NCBI GenBank assembly: GCA_038240835.1
Contig: JBBRGJ010000001.1
Coordinates: 3,776-67,775, forward strand
DNA from: Bacteroidales bacterium
GTDB taxonomy: Bacteria > Bacteroidota > Bacteroidia > Bacteroidales > WCHB1-69
Length of the DNA: 64,000 bases
Direction: 5' to 3'
The translations under genes were made by a program, and so were the position numbers. This document shows positions 24,870-34,872 of the stretch, piece after piece; the first letter of the stretch is position 1, and the number at the start of each line of letters is the position of its first letter. The notes under the pieces are model-generated. The model ran no database searches. It was not told the origin of the DNA and saw nothing but the letters and a program-made list of their open reading frames with translations.

Positions 24870-26849
24870 ATGAAAAAAATATTACAATTATTGTCTATTT
24901 TTCCAATATTGTCTCTTTTCCTATTATTTAACGGTTCTGATATAATTGCTCAAACTACGAAGATTCAGCCAGTTCAATGTGGCTATTTGATGCCGGAAAT
25001 AAAAACCACAATTAAAGCTATTGCCGTCACAGGAGCTACTGGTTACAGATTTCGAGTGAGTGATGGAGATACATATTTAGAAATCATTGATAAAACTGTA
25101 AATAATTTTAAGTTAACACAACTGTTGACTGCGCCCAAATACAATACATCTTACATTATTGATGTGGCTGTTAAAACAACAGGAAGTTACGGCAGTTACG
25201 GAGAAGCATGTATTTTGACAACTCCTTCTGCTCCCCTTACAAAAATTCAAGAAAGTCAATGTGGAATAACTCTTTCGGATATAAATACCTTCGTTTATGC
25301 CGATGCAATGTGGTATATCGACATGTACCGATTTAAAATAGATGATGGTGTAAATCCGCCTCAAACTTATGAAACTACAGGACGGACATTTAAATTTCCA
25401 TTTTTCCCCTCCTTTGAATATAACACAACTTACAGTGTCTCAGTTGCGTTAAAAGCTGGTGGCATTTGGGGCTCTTATGGCCCAGTTTGTTCGGTGAAAA
25501 CTCCTTGTCAGAATTTAAAAGTATTTGCAGATACTGATGGTGATACCTTTGGAGATCTATCTAATTTTATTATTTCTTGTAATGGTGTTCCCGAAGGTTA
25601 CGTCCTCGATTCTTTAGATTGTGATGACGCAGATATGACAATTTATCCAGGTGCTCCTGAAATTTGTGGTGATGGAAAAGACAATAATTGCAATAATCAA
25701 ATTGATGAGTCAGGTTGTTCTGTTATTACCACTTTAACTGAAGATGTTTGTGGTTCAACTTTTGAGTTTTTAAATACTACTTGGATTACAGCAAATCCGG
25801 TTGAAGGAGCTGAACAATATGAATTTAAAATAACTGCAGGGGCGTATGAAGCAACTGCCTTTGATGATTTGCAAGCGACCAAAGCTCGATTCCCTCAATT
25901 TCTCGATTATCAATATAATACAACTTATGATGTTCAGGTTCGTGTTAAATTCAATGGTGTTTGGGGCGCATATTCTGTCCCTTGCTCAATTACTACTACT
26001 GATCATCCTTATACCAACATTGAATCACCTACCTGCAATTCTACATTGCCATTAATAACTACATACATTTATGCAAAAACGGTATCTGATGTTACGGCAT
26101 ATCGATTTAAAGTTAATGATGGAGTTCATTCAGAAGAGGTGTTAGAGAAAACGGTTAGAACATTTAATATTCCAATGTTAGCTAATTGGAATTATGGAGA
26201 AACTTATCAGATCTCTGTAGCCGTTAAATTTAGAGATGTTTGGTATCCATACGAAAATATTTGTCAATTATCATCTCCTACTGTTCCAACTCCAGTAGTG
26301 CAAACGAGTCAATGTAATTCTATATTAGCAAAACCTTCTACTACTATTAAATCAACTTTAATAACTGGTGCAACGGATTATAGATTTGAAATTAGCTTTG
26401 GTGATTCTACCCAAATTGTGGATAAATCTATTAATGAGTTCAAACTCACAGAGAAAGCAACTGCGCCCAGAAATGGTGTTGTATACACAATTAGAGTTGC
26501 CGCAAAAGTTTTCAATGTTTGGGGCGATTTTGGGAGTGCCTGTAGCGTTACTACTCCTGGCGCCAAAAACGAAGCTTTAACCGTTGTTGAAAATGAAAAA
26601 CACGAACTGTCTGCTATCGTTTCACCAAACCCTTCTAGTGATAAATTTACGATTTCGATTAATTCAGATATTTCAGGAAGTGTAGACGTATTGGTTACAA
26701 ATATTCTTGGTCAGAAAATTGAAAGTTTTTATCTGACGGTTTCAGATTTGTCAAAACTAACCTTTGGTGCAAACTATGAAAAAGGAATATACTTAGTTAC
26801 CATTCGCCAAGGTGCACATAGAAAAGTATATAAAATAGTCAAACAATAG
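24870..26849 (+). CDS. T9SS-secreted protein with five ~88-aa Cys-bracketed repeats and a central MopE-like Cys/Asp-rich motif
   Basis: Signal peptide. Five repeats of the pattern C..(T/A)GAT.YRF..DG...YNT.Y.V.V..K..G.WG.YG..C..TTP. Central DTDGDTFGD..DCDDAD..YPGAPEICGDGKDNNCNNQIDE. C-terminal Por sorting domain (VSPNPSSDKFTI...GIYLVTI..KIVKQ). Confidence 0.8.
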   Translation: MKKILQLLSIFPILSLFLLFNGSDIIAQTTKIQPVQCGYLMPEIKTTIKAIAVTGATGYRFRVSDGDTYLEIIDKTVNNFKLTQLLTAPKYNTSYIIDVAVKTTGSYGSYGEACILTTPSAPLTKIQESQCGITLSDINTFVYADAMWYIDMYRFKIDDGVNPPQTYETTGRTFKFPFFPSFEYNTTYSVSVALKAGGIWGSYGPVCSVKTPCQNLKVFADTDGDTFGDLSNFIISCNGVPEGYVLDSLDCDDADMTIYPGAPEICGDGKDNNCNNQIDESGCSVITTLTEDVCGSTFEFLNTTWITANPVEGAEQYEFKITAGAYEATAFDDLQATKARFPQFLDYQYNTTYDVQVRVKFNGVWGAYSVPCSITTTDHPYTNIESPTCNSTLPLITTYIYAKTVSDVTAYRFKVNDGVHSEEVLEKTVRTFNIPMLANWNYGETYQISVAVKFRDVWYPYENICQLSSPTVPTPVVQTSQCNSILAKPSTTIKSTLITGATDYRFEISFGDSTQIVDKSINEFKLTEKATAPRNGVVYTIRVAAKVFNVWGDFGSACSVTTPGAKNEALTVVENEKHELSAIVSPNPSSDKFTISINSDISGSVDVLVTNILGQKIESFYLTVSDLSKLTFGANYEKGIYLVTIRQGAHRKVYKIVKQ

Positions 26850-26898
26850 TTTAGGGCATGAAAAAGGAGGTAGATACCTCCTTTTTCATGCCCTAAAC
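26849..26898. terminator. 24-bp perfect inverted repeat between convergent genes (probable bidirectional terminator)
   Basis: gtttagggcatgaaaaaggaggta / tacctcctttttcatgccctaaac with a 2-nt centre. It starts in the last base of the stop codon of the T9SS cargo gene. Confidence 0.6.
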
Positions 26899-26932
26899 TA
26901 CATGGATTTCCTGAATAAAATCTCGAATTCCT

Positions 26933-28030
26933 CTATTTTTTTGAAATAATAGTATTGTAAATATTGGAGTATTCATGAGCAATTACTTTCCAATCATGAT
27001 TCACCATAATTTTCTTAAATGCATTTTCGGAAAGTTGTTTTAGTTTTTCATCATCGCCTATGACTGTTTTGATTTTAGAAGCTAAATCATCCGAATTTCC
27101 ACTTTCAAAATATAATACTTCTGTTTCGTCAAAAACATATACATTTTCTATGATATTACTCGCAATGATAGGGGTTTTAAGGGATGCAGTTTCAAGTAGC
27201 ATATTAGACATGCCTTCGTTTAATGATGGAAATATAAACAGTTTTGCATTGCAAATTATTTTAAACAACTCCTCTTTTTCGGTTATTAACCCTAAATAAT
27301 CAAGGTTCAGTCCGATTGATTTTTTTAAAATTAACTCCTTATAGCCTGAAATATGATCTAAAGAGCCTACAATTTTAACTTTCCCTTTATATTCAATTTT
27401 ATGTAAAGCATCTAACAAAAGATGAAGTCCTTTTAATCCAATAATTCTACTTGCCGAAAAACAGATGTAATCTTCTACACGTTTGTTTTTAAGAAGATCA
27501 GGATAGATATATACTCCATTCGGAATGTAAATAATCTCTTTTTTGCAAACAGTATTCAAATATTGAATGTGTGGTTTACAGACTGATACTGTTATGTTTG
27601 AAAATTTCAAAGCAATGTATTCGAATGCTCTAAAAAATATTTTGTCTAATTTATTCCATTTGTTGTCATTTTTCGGAATTATCCCTCTTACTGTATTAAT
27701 GACTGGATATTTTATTCTTAAAAATGGTATAATAAATCCTGCATATATATGTTGAACATGAATTACATCATAATTTGCCATAAAAAGACAATGAAACATT
27801 GATTTGATATAATACGATAGAGTGTCTAATCTTTTTATTGGAAAGGCTTTTAAGGTAATTTGATTTATTCCATGATAATTTCCACTTAGGTTTGTATGCG
27901 AAGAAACCGAATATACTGTAATGTTAAAATCGTCTTTTAATTCTAACATCATCGATTCGGTAGCTCTTGCACCTCCACCGTAACCAGGAAGACCCTTAAC
28001 TCCAATTACTGCAATTTTCTTTTTAATCAT
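26933..28030 (-). CDS. glycosyltransferase, GT4/GT1 fold with DUF1972-like N-terminus
   Basis: KIAVIGVKGLPGYGGGA N-terminus. EGMSNMLLETASLKTPIIAS (the E-x7-E region). Confidence 0.7.
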   Translation of the reverse strand: MIKKKIAVIGVKGLPGYGGGARATESMMLELKDDFNITVYSVSSHTNLSGNYHGINQITLKAFPIKRLDTLSYYIKSMFHCLFMANYDVIHVQHIYAGFIIPFLRIKYPVINTVRGIIPKNDNKWNKLDKIFFRAFEYIALKFSNITVSVCKPHIQYLNTVCKKEIIYIPNGVYIYPDLLKNKRVEDYICFSASRIIGLKGLHLLLDALHKIEYKGKVKIVGSLDHISGYKELILKKSIGLNLDYLGLITEKEELFKIICNAKLFIFPSLNEGMSNMLLETASLKTPIIASNIIENVYVFDETEVLYFESGNSDDLASKIKTVIGDDEKLKQLSENAFKKIMVNHDWKVIAHEYSNIYNTIISKK

Positions 28031-29096
28031 CTATTAAAATTTCCGTGTAATTGTTTTTTAAAGCTGTTGCTGAATACTCGTTCCTTAGCAAATCTATTGA
28101 ATTATTACTGAACTTTTGATACATTTCGGGATTTGAAATAACATTTAAAATTGATGTTGCAATTTGAGTTGAATCCCCAATTTTTGAAGTAAATCCATTA
28201 AAATTGTCTACCACTAACTTGCTGCTATCGCCAGCTGTTGTTGCAATGATGGGGAGCTTGAAACTCATCGCTTCCATAATGGTATTAGACATACCTTCAA
28301 AAATAGAAGTAGATATGTAAAGATCAGCTTTTATATACTCTTCATTAGTATTTGCCAACTGACCATCCACTATTTTAATATATTCAGACAATCCGAATTC
28401 AATGATTTTCTCTAAAATTGTTTTGTAAAGTGGCCCATATCCAACAATAGTTAATTCAAACTGATCAAATTTTAATCTATTTTTTAATTTATCAATGGAT
28501 TCAATGAGCGTATTATATCCTTTTTCTTCTACAAATCGGCCAACAGTTAAAAACTTAAAAAATTGAGTATGTTCGATGGATCGATTGATTAAAAGATTTT
28601 TATCAGGGATCAAAATCCCATTAGGGATAACGAATATGTTTTTTTCTTTGAACCCATATCCAATATATTTTGTTTTTGCAAAATAGCTATTTGATATAAA
28701 TTTTATATTTAAACAATTACAAATACACTTCATCGCAATCATTTTATGGAATGATTTAGACTTAGGTCCTCTAATTCCACAAAGAATGTTTTTTGTGCCA
28801 ACAATTTTTCCAACTACTGAACCTAATATGTTGTTGCTTGGCAAATAGCAAATTAAATTTTTCGCTTTTGCTCTCTTCAAAATAAGGAATAATGAAATCA
28901 ATTTATTGATAAAACAACCTTTTAAGAAAACGATATTGTCAATTTCTTTATACGAAATATGGTTGTTGCTTTTTGAGTTTTGATGATGAACTACAACTAA
29001 TGTTTTTCGCTCTTTTTGTAACTCTTTAGCCAAAATTAATGATTGCTTTTCTGCACCACCTTTCGTCAATGATCTTATGTAGATGATTGTGTTCAT
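28023..29096 (-). CDS. glycosyltransferase family 4
   Basis: GGAEKQ N-terminal motif and EGMSNTIMEAMSFKLPIIAT. Overlaps both neighbours by 4-8 nt. Confidence 0.75.
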   Translation of the reverse strand: MNTIIYIRSLTKGGAEKQSLILAKELQKERKTLVVVHHQNSKSNNHISYKEIDNIVFLKGCFINKLISLFLILKRAKAKNLICYLPSNNILGSVVGKIVGTKNILCGIRGPKSKSFHKMIAMKCICNCLNIKFISNSYFAKTKYIGYGFKEKNIFVIPNGILIPDKNLLINRSIEHTQFFKFLTVGRFVEEKGYNTLIESIDKLKNRLKFDQFELTIVGYGPLYKTILEKIIEFGLSEYIKIVDGQLANTNEEYIKADLYISTSIFEGMSNTIMEAMSFKLPIIATTAGDSSKLVVDNFNGFTSKIGDSTQIATSILNVISNPEMYQKFSNNSIDLLRNEYSATALKNNYTEILIDD

Positions 29097-29653
29097 TTAT
29101 CAACAAAATCTAAGATTATTTTCTTTCGGTCTTGTTTTGATGTCCCTGTTGGAATTATGACACTTTTTGACAAACAATCTTCTTTGTATTGTTCTATGTT
29201 TTTTATTGGCTTGGCTGGAATTCCAATTGCCACTGAATTGTCGGGGATGTCCTTTGTGACAATACTCCCACTGCCTATCACAACATTGTTTCCAATATTT
29301 GTATTTGGCATTATGATTACATTAGAGCCAATAAAGACATTATTACCAATAGTTATCCTCCCAAAAATATTTAACCCAGGGAACTGATTTCTAAGAACAA
29401 AAACTCCTCCGTCGTGTGTGTGAAAAACTACATCTTGCGTAATTGTAACGTTATCACCAATAGAGATTAAATATGCTTCACTTCCCCATCTTGGAAATCC
29501 AGTGATTCGTACATTTTTGCCGAATTTTATTTTGTGATAATAGGCGCAGACTCTATATTTTCGGGTGTTTGACGACAAGGACATCAGTAGCAAGTAAATT
29601 ATTCTATTTAATTTTTTCATGTATTTTATGATAGTAGTTGTTATATTGACCAA
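29093..29653 (-). CDS. hexapeptide-repeat (LbH) O-acetyltransferase
   Basis: Repeated [LIV]G-x4 hexapeptides (IGNNVFIGSNVIIMPNTNIGNNVVIGSGSIV). The true start may be the internal ATG near 29620. Confidence 0.75.
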   Translation of the reverse strand: MVNITTTIIKYMKKLNRIIYLLLMSLSSNTRKYRVCAYYHKIKFGKNVRITGFPRWGSEAYLISIGDNVTITQDVVFHTHDGGVFVLRNQFPGLNIFGRITIGNNVFIGSNVIIMPNTNIGNNVVIGSGSIVTKDIPDNSVAIGIPAKPIKNIEQYKEDCLSKSVIIPTGTSKQDRKKIILDFVDK

Positions 29654-30887
29654 GGGTCATTCCTAATAGAAAAAAGCCAAATATTCTAAACGTAATTGCA
29701 TTTAATCCCCCAGAGAAGGACATGGCTATTATACTAAAAAAGGAAGAGACGAAAAGATAATTTAAATGTACAAGATTTCGATTTGATATTCTTCGCCTGA
29801 CTCTTTTTTTGAAAAATAGAAATTTTGAAAAAACCTTTAAATAAAATAGAGCATATAAAATTATTCCAACTAGTCCGCTACTGAAAAAGATAATGTTTAT
29901 ATCTACATGCAAGGGTCTGTCTCCAAATTCTCCGTTGCCATAATTCTCAACCGAGTTAAAAGGCTTCTCTCCAAAAAAAAGCAACTTTAATGATTTCTGT
30001 TCGAAACGCTCTTCCCATAAATTAATAGATTCTTTCAGCCTTGATTCCTCATTTAAACCTTTGTCAAATGTTTTAGTTCTTGCGTCAAATTGTTTGTCAA
30101 ACAATGAGTTAAATTCAGGAAGAACAAAAATGACGGCAATGCCAATTATGATAATAAATCTAATAGATTGAACACCTATCCTGTAAAAAAGAATTATTCC
30201 AATTCCTGAAATGCCCAAAATCACATATGCTGAACGCCTGAATGCGATGATAATAATACCTACAACTAAAAAAGTTAACACGATAAATAGTAGCTTTTGC
30301 TTTTTTATTAGAATTAAGGCCATGCTTATGGTAATAGTTAGACTTGGGATATACCACATGTTTGAAACAATTCCTCCAGTATAAAACCCTACTTCTTCAG
30401 AGTATCCAGCCCATCCGAGTTTGAAGATGTTTGAAATTATGATGTTGACAAGAGTGATGATCAACAGAGAAAAAGCCATCTCCTTGAATTTGATGAGATT
30501 AAAATTATTACGACTAAAATAAGTGTAAAATGCATAAAAACTATAAATAATCAGAATGAATTTAATAGTTTCAGTGATGCCTTTAATGTTTTGGAACTCA
30601 AAAATTGTCGATATACTTAAGATAGAAATCAATAAAATAAAATAAATATAGGCTGGTTTATTTTGAAAAGAAATTGATTTTGAACTTCTCCTGAGTTTGA
30701 AGTAGAAGAAGATTATAATAAAAAATCTAATTAAATTTAATATCAAAGTACTTGATGAATCTATCGAATAGAACACTAAATCGTAAATATAGTTGAAAGG
30801 AAGGAACATATATACTGCTTTGTGTGTGTCTTTTGTTAAGACATACAAAAAGTAAATACAAAGTATAATGATTATTGCAATTTGCAT
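29604..30887 (-). CDS. O-antigen/EPS polymerase (Wzy-like) multi-pass membrane protein
   Basis: 427 aa, about 10-12 TM helices plus one larger loop. Its position next to Wzx is typical of Wzy. Confidence 0.6.
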   Translation of the reverse strand: MQIAIIIILCIYFLYVLTKDTHKAVYMFLPFNYIYDLVFYSIDSSSTLILNLIRFFIIIFFYFKLRRSSKSISFQNKPAYIYFILLISILSISTIFEFQNIKGITETIKFILIIYSFYAFYTYFSRNNFNLIKFKEMAFSLLIITLVNIIISNIFKLGWAGYSEEVGFYTGGIVSNMWYIPSLTITISMALILIKKQKLLFIVLTFLVVGIIIIAFRRSAYVILGISGIGIILFYRIGVQSIRFIIIIGIAVIFVLPEFNSLFDKQFDARTKTFDKGLNEESRLKESINLWEERFEQKSLKLLFFGEKPFNSVENYGNGEFGDRPLHVDINIIFFSSGLVGIILYALFYLKVFSKFLFFKKRVRRRISNRNLVHLNYLFVSSFFSIIAMSFSGGLNAITFRIFGFFLLGMTLGQYNNYYHKIHEKIK

Positions 30888-31879
30888 TAAATGTCGTTTT
30901 TTGGGACGATGTCTAAGATCTGAATATTTTTATTGCGAAAAATTTGATAGACTTCTAAAATGTCTTTGTTCGTGACGAATTTTTGTAAATCTATTGAAAT
31001 AATTTCAATATTATCTGGCAGTATCTCTTTTAGTGTTACTAAAGCAGATGAGTAAAAAGAGAGTACTATTTTTGGAGAAATCAAGTTGTCTGTTAAATAT
31101 AGTTCAAGAGGAATTGAAATGGGGCCTTTTGTGATGGAGAAGTTTTCCGGATATTTTATTTTATTTACAGATAGTTCCCATCTATGAGGAATATATTCGA
31201 TTGTCGAATTACTATAATATTGACCTATTATTTTAAAAAAATAATTAATTTCTTCCTCTGTAAATAATTTTGCCTCAAGCAACGGCTGACCAATAAAAAT
31301 TATTTTTTCACCCAAAGTTGATTTCTGAATCGACTTAAGATATGAGAAGTTATTCTTTAAAAAAATGTGAGAAGTTGGACTTGATTCAGGTGTCCTTAAA
31401 AACGAGAATGAGGTAACGCTATTATTGTTTGTCAGATAGTCAAAATCTAATCCTTTAGAACTTAATCCGTCATCTAATAATATGATCTCTTTGTTTGAAA
31501 CAGAGTTTGTGATTTTATGGAAATCTTTGTAATTTGGATCACCTATAATAATTGAATTATGTTTCTTTAGAAGGGCCTCTATTCTCTTTTGTTGAATTTT
31601 TTGCTGAATTATTGCGCCAATTTTAATTGGTATTTTTAATAATAAATGGTCTCTTAAGATAATCTGTTTCCCAAATAATGAGATGATGTTAGAATTGAAT
31701 ATTTTGATTCTTTTATACGATTTGATATTCAAATAATTAAAAGAATTGGTCATCTGGATGTTTGAGAAATTGTATTTCTCAAAGTAAATAAAATCAATTT
31801 TATCCAATGAAATATTCATCGAAAATGCATATTCTACAGCACAGATCAATTGCAAGGGGGTTTTAATTATTGCGATCAT
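30887..31879 (-). CDS. putative nonulosonic-acid (sialyl-type) transferase, GT52-like
   Basis: From my recollection of GT52 (LsgB/Lst type): N-terminal KTPLQ, LLDDG, FIGQPLLE, YIPHR and SFYSSALVTL line up with CTPLQ, FDDG, FIGQPLL, YFPHP and FFSSVAFNL. It sits next to the CMP-sugar pathway. Confidence 0.45.
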   Translation of the reverse strand: MIAIIKTPLQLICAVEYAFSMNISLDKIDFIYFEKYNFSNIQMTNSFNYLNIKSYKRIKIFNSNIISLFGKQIILRDHLLLKIPIKIGAIIQQKIQQKRIEALLKKHNSIIIGDPNYKDFHKITNSVSNKEIILLDDGLSSKGLDFDYLTNNNSVTSFSFLRTPESSPTSHIFLKNNFSYLKSIQKSTLGEKIIFIGQPLLEAKLFTEEEINYFFKIIGQYYSNSTIEYIPHRWELSVNKIKYPENFSITKGPISIPLELYLTDNLISPKIVLSFYSSALVTLKEILPDNIEIISIDLQKFVTNKDILEVYQIFRNKNIQILDIVPKNDI

Positions 31880-33137
31880 TTAATGTTTTAATTAGTAAGT
31901 AATATGCAAGAATTGATGTGATTACAAATCCAATTAAAGTGCCCACTGATACAGCTGTTAATGGTGAGAAAAAAGGCAAACAGATAATTGGAAAAACAAA
32001 CATTAAAATTACTTTTAATATACTATATATTGAAACCGCTTTTTTATTTCCAATGCTGTAAAAAATATTGATACATATAGTATTTGTATTTATTACGCCA
32101 CTTATTAAAAACAACTGTGTAGCAAGAGTTCCTTCAATATATTTTGGGAAATACAGCTCTATAGCCCAAGGAATAAAAAAGATAGAAAATATAATAGTGG
32201 GGATTAATAAGATAATAGAAGCTAGGTATATTTTGTTCACATACGGAATGAGTATCTTTTTGTCTTGATGCTTCCCATATAAATAGGAGAACTTGGGGTA
32301 TAAAAATTGAGATATCGTACCAGGCAAAAAAGCAATTGCAGTGAAAACTGCTGTAGCTGGGGAAAATAGTCCAACTAAATACACCGACCCAATAGCGAGC
32401 AAAATCATTCGATTAAACGTTTTTGTTACTTGTTGAAGATATCCCCATGCGAATATAGGAACACCGACTTTCATTAATTTACGAAATGACTCTTTTGAAA
32501 AATTGGCTTTTAATTTAAATGGACGAAATATGTGAGTTAAAATTAAAAAAATAAACGCGTTCGAAAAGTAGAAAATTAATAGTCCATTATAGTTGAAAAA
32601 ATAGACAAATGATAAACTTAAAATCATGAAAAATGAAGATACATGATTTATTTTAGACAAAGTGTCAAAACTTTTAGATGTTCTATACGTGACATTTAAA
32701 TAGTTCTGGTAAAAGCTAAATGAAATTAAAAAGACGATTACAAGAAGCATCTTAATCTCATGTTCGCCCATTTTTCCAAAGAAATAGATGAGAAGAGTGA
32801 TTATTAATCCTAATATAAGAGTTCCACTACTTAATGCTTTTGCATATGATATTCCTGTTTTTACTAATTCTTTTGCTTCATTTTCTTTGTTCTGTCCAAA
32901 TAAAAAAGGAATTTCTCTGTTTAAGCCGGTAAAAACTCCTAGTTGTAAGAAAAATGTATATGCTATCAATACATTGAATGAGTTGTAAATGCCAATTTCA
33001 TTTGGAGATACCCATTTTAGAATAATCACATTTGTAACCGCTAAAATAAGTGTTTTAATAAAACTAGATAAGGCAAAATTAAAAAAAACCGTCTTTTCCT
33101 TGGTTAGTTTTATTTTAGATAAAAAAGCGTATTGCAT
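31863..33137 (-). CDS. wzx: oligosaccharide flippase (Wzx / MOP superfamily)
   Basis: 424 aa, about 12 TM helices, typical polysaccharide-biosynthesis-protein topology and context. Confidence 0.7.
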   Translation of the reverse strand: MQYAFLSKIKLTKEKTVFFNFALSSFIKTLILAVTNVIILKWVSPNEIGIYNSFNVLIAYTFFLQLGVFTGLNREIPFLFGQNKENEAKELVKTGISYAKALSSGTLILGLIITLLIYFFGKMGEHEIKMLLVIVFLISFSFYQNYLNVTYRTSKSFDTLSKINHVSSFFMILSLSFVYFFNYNGLLIFYFSNAFIFLILTHIFRPFKLKANFSKESFRKLMKVGVPIFAWGYLQQVTKTFNRMILLAIGSVYLVGLFSPATAVFTAIAFLPGTISQFLYPKFSYLYGKHQDKKILIPYVNKIYLASIILLIPTIIFSIFFIPWAIELYFPKYIEGTLATQLFLISGVINTNTICINIFYSIGNKKAVSIYSILKVILMFVFPIICLPFFSPLTAVSVGTLIGFVITSILAYYLLIKTLNDRNN

Positions 33138-33142
33138 TTTAG

Positions 33143-33826
33143 CTATGATTTATTTTTGAGAATTAATTCGCACAAATCCCAATCAATTTCTGTGTCAATA
33201 TCGAGAGAATCAATTTCTGACATGAAATATTTTTTAATTTTCTTAAATTCTGTCATAGAGCCTTTTTTTAATGATTTTACATTTATAATGTAAATAGCAC
33301 CATTTAATTCCCATACTTTTGGACAATCTTGCCTTCTAATAAAATTGCCTTTTTTAGTCTTTCTCAAAAAACCATGTTCATTTTCTTCATATAAGACAAA
33401 ATATGGATTTGATTTAGTCTCTTTAACGGATACAACCATGTCGATATTGTCAGTATATAATTCTAGAGATTCTTTAATGTGAAACGATGTTCGAAATGGT
33501 GATGTTGGTTGTAGTAAAATAATCGTGTCAGGGACGAACCCTTTTTCTTCAACTTCTTTTAATGCATGAATTAAAACATCGTGTGTGGATGAGTTGTCTT
33601 GAGAAATATCTGAGGGTCTAATAAATGGGACAGTTAGCCCAGTTTGTTCGACAATTTTTTTGATATTCAAATCATCCGTTGATACTATTATTTGGTCGTC
33701 AGTAAATAATTCTCTAGCAGCGGCAATTGTGTAGTGAATTAATGGGATTTTATTTAGCAATCTGATGTTTTTACCAGGAACTCCTTTAGAACCGCCTCTG
33801 GCAGGAATTATAACTAATGGCTTCAT
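33143..33826 (-). CDS. neuA: CMP-nonulosonic acid synthetase (acylneuraminate cytidylyltransferase, NeuA/LegF type)
   Basis: IIPARGGSKGVPGKNI N-terminal cytidylyltransferase motif; 227 aa. Confidence 0.85.
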   Translation of the reverse strand: MKPLVIIPARGGSKGVPGKNIRLLNKIPLIHYTIAAARELFTDDQIIVSTDDLNIKKIVEQTGLTVPFIRPSDISQDNSSTHDVLIHALKEVEEKGFVPDTIILLQPTSPFRTSFHIKESLELYTDNIDMVVSVKETKSNPYFVLYEENEHGFLRKTKKGNFIRRQDCPKVWELNGAIYIINVKSLKKGSMTEFKKIKKYFMSEIDSLDIDTEIDWDLCELILKNKS

Positions 33827-34872
33827 TATAATTGAATGTTTAATATATCTTCTTGTGCTTTTGCAAAATCCTCAGGTTTGCCAATATCTAACCAGTAGCC
33901 TAAATGTGGATAGGAGGTGACTTTTTTCCCCATTTTAATTAATGTTTCCATAAAATCTGTGGAGTTAAACTCTTTTTGGATGGGGATATGTTCTAAAAGT
34001 TCTCGTTTAAACAAATATATTCCTCCGTTTGCATAATAGGTGTATTGGGGCTTTTCTTTAAAGTCGGTAATGATTCCTTCATCGGTTTCCAATATAGCGT
34101 AAGGAACTTGAACGTGATACGGAATGGTTGCAACAGCTAAATCAGCTTGTTTGTTTATAAAATGAAGGAATAAATTTTCGTAATCTATGTTTGTGAGAAG
34201 ATCGGAATTGAGCACCATAATATAATCACTCAAGAAATTATGAATTAACGAAATGGATCCAATGGTTCCCAACGGTTCTTCCTCTGTAATATGATGAATT
34301 TTAATGTTTTTTTGGCTGCCATCTCCAACATGTTCGATAATTTGATCTCCTAAATATCTGGATGTAATCCAAATATTGTCGATTCCAAAAAGGCGCAATC
34401 GATCTATGTTGTGATCAATGATTGTTTTTGGACCAACTTTTAATAATGGTTTTGGCGTATGGTCTGTTAATGGTCTTAATCGTTCGCCTCTTCCACCGGC
34501 CATAATCACTGCATCGATGGGAAGATAAGATTTTATTTCACGAAAATTAATGACATTTACAACTTCATTCTTTTTATTAATAATTGGAATGATTCTGAAA
34601 TTTTGATTGCGGTATTCAATAACTTTAGCAAAATCACAATCTTCTTTTCGTAAATACCGTGGATTGGGTTGAATAATACAATCTACGATATCTTGAATGC
34701 TAAATCCTTTGAGTAAACCCCTACGTACATCACCATCGGTAAGCGATCCGATCAGTTTATTGTCCCCGTCAACAATGAAAATAATTGCATCTATGGCAAG
34801 CGAGTCTAGTCGCTCGAGTGCTTCTCTTATTGTACTTCCTGATGCCAATAAGTGTTTTCTAAATGTTTTCAC
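33826..34872 (-). CDS. CBS-pair + sugar-1-phosphate nucleotidyltransferase (PtmE-like)
   Basis: N-terminal CBS pair. MAGGRGERLRPLT..PKPLL nucleotidyltransferase motif. Confidence 0.75.
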   Translation of the reverse strand: MKTFRKHLLASGSTIREALERLDSLAIDAIIFIVDGDNKLIGSLTDGDVRRGLLKGFSIQDIVDCIIQPNPRYLRKEDCDFAKVIEYRNQNFRIIPIINKKNEVVNVINFREIKSYLPIDAVIMAGGRGERLRPLTDHTPKPLLKVGPKTIIDHNIDRLRLFGIDNIWITSRYLGDQIIEHVGDGSQKNIKIHHITEEEPLGTIGSISLIHNFLSDYIMVLNSDLLTNIDYENLFLHFINKQADLAVATIPYHVQVPYAILETDEGIITDFKEKPQYTYYANGGIYLFKRELLEHIPIQKEFNSTDFMETLIKMGKKVTSYPHLGYWLDIGKPEDFAKAQEDILNIQL

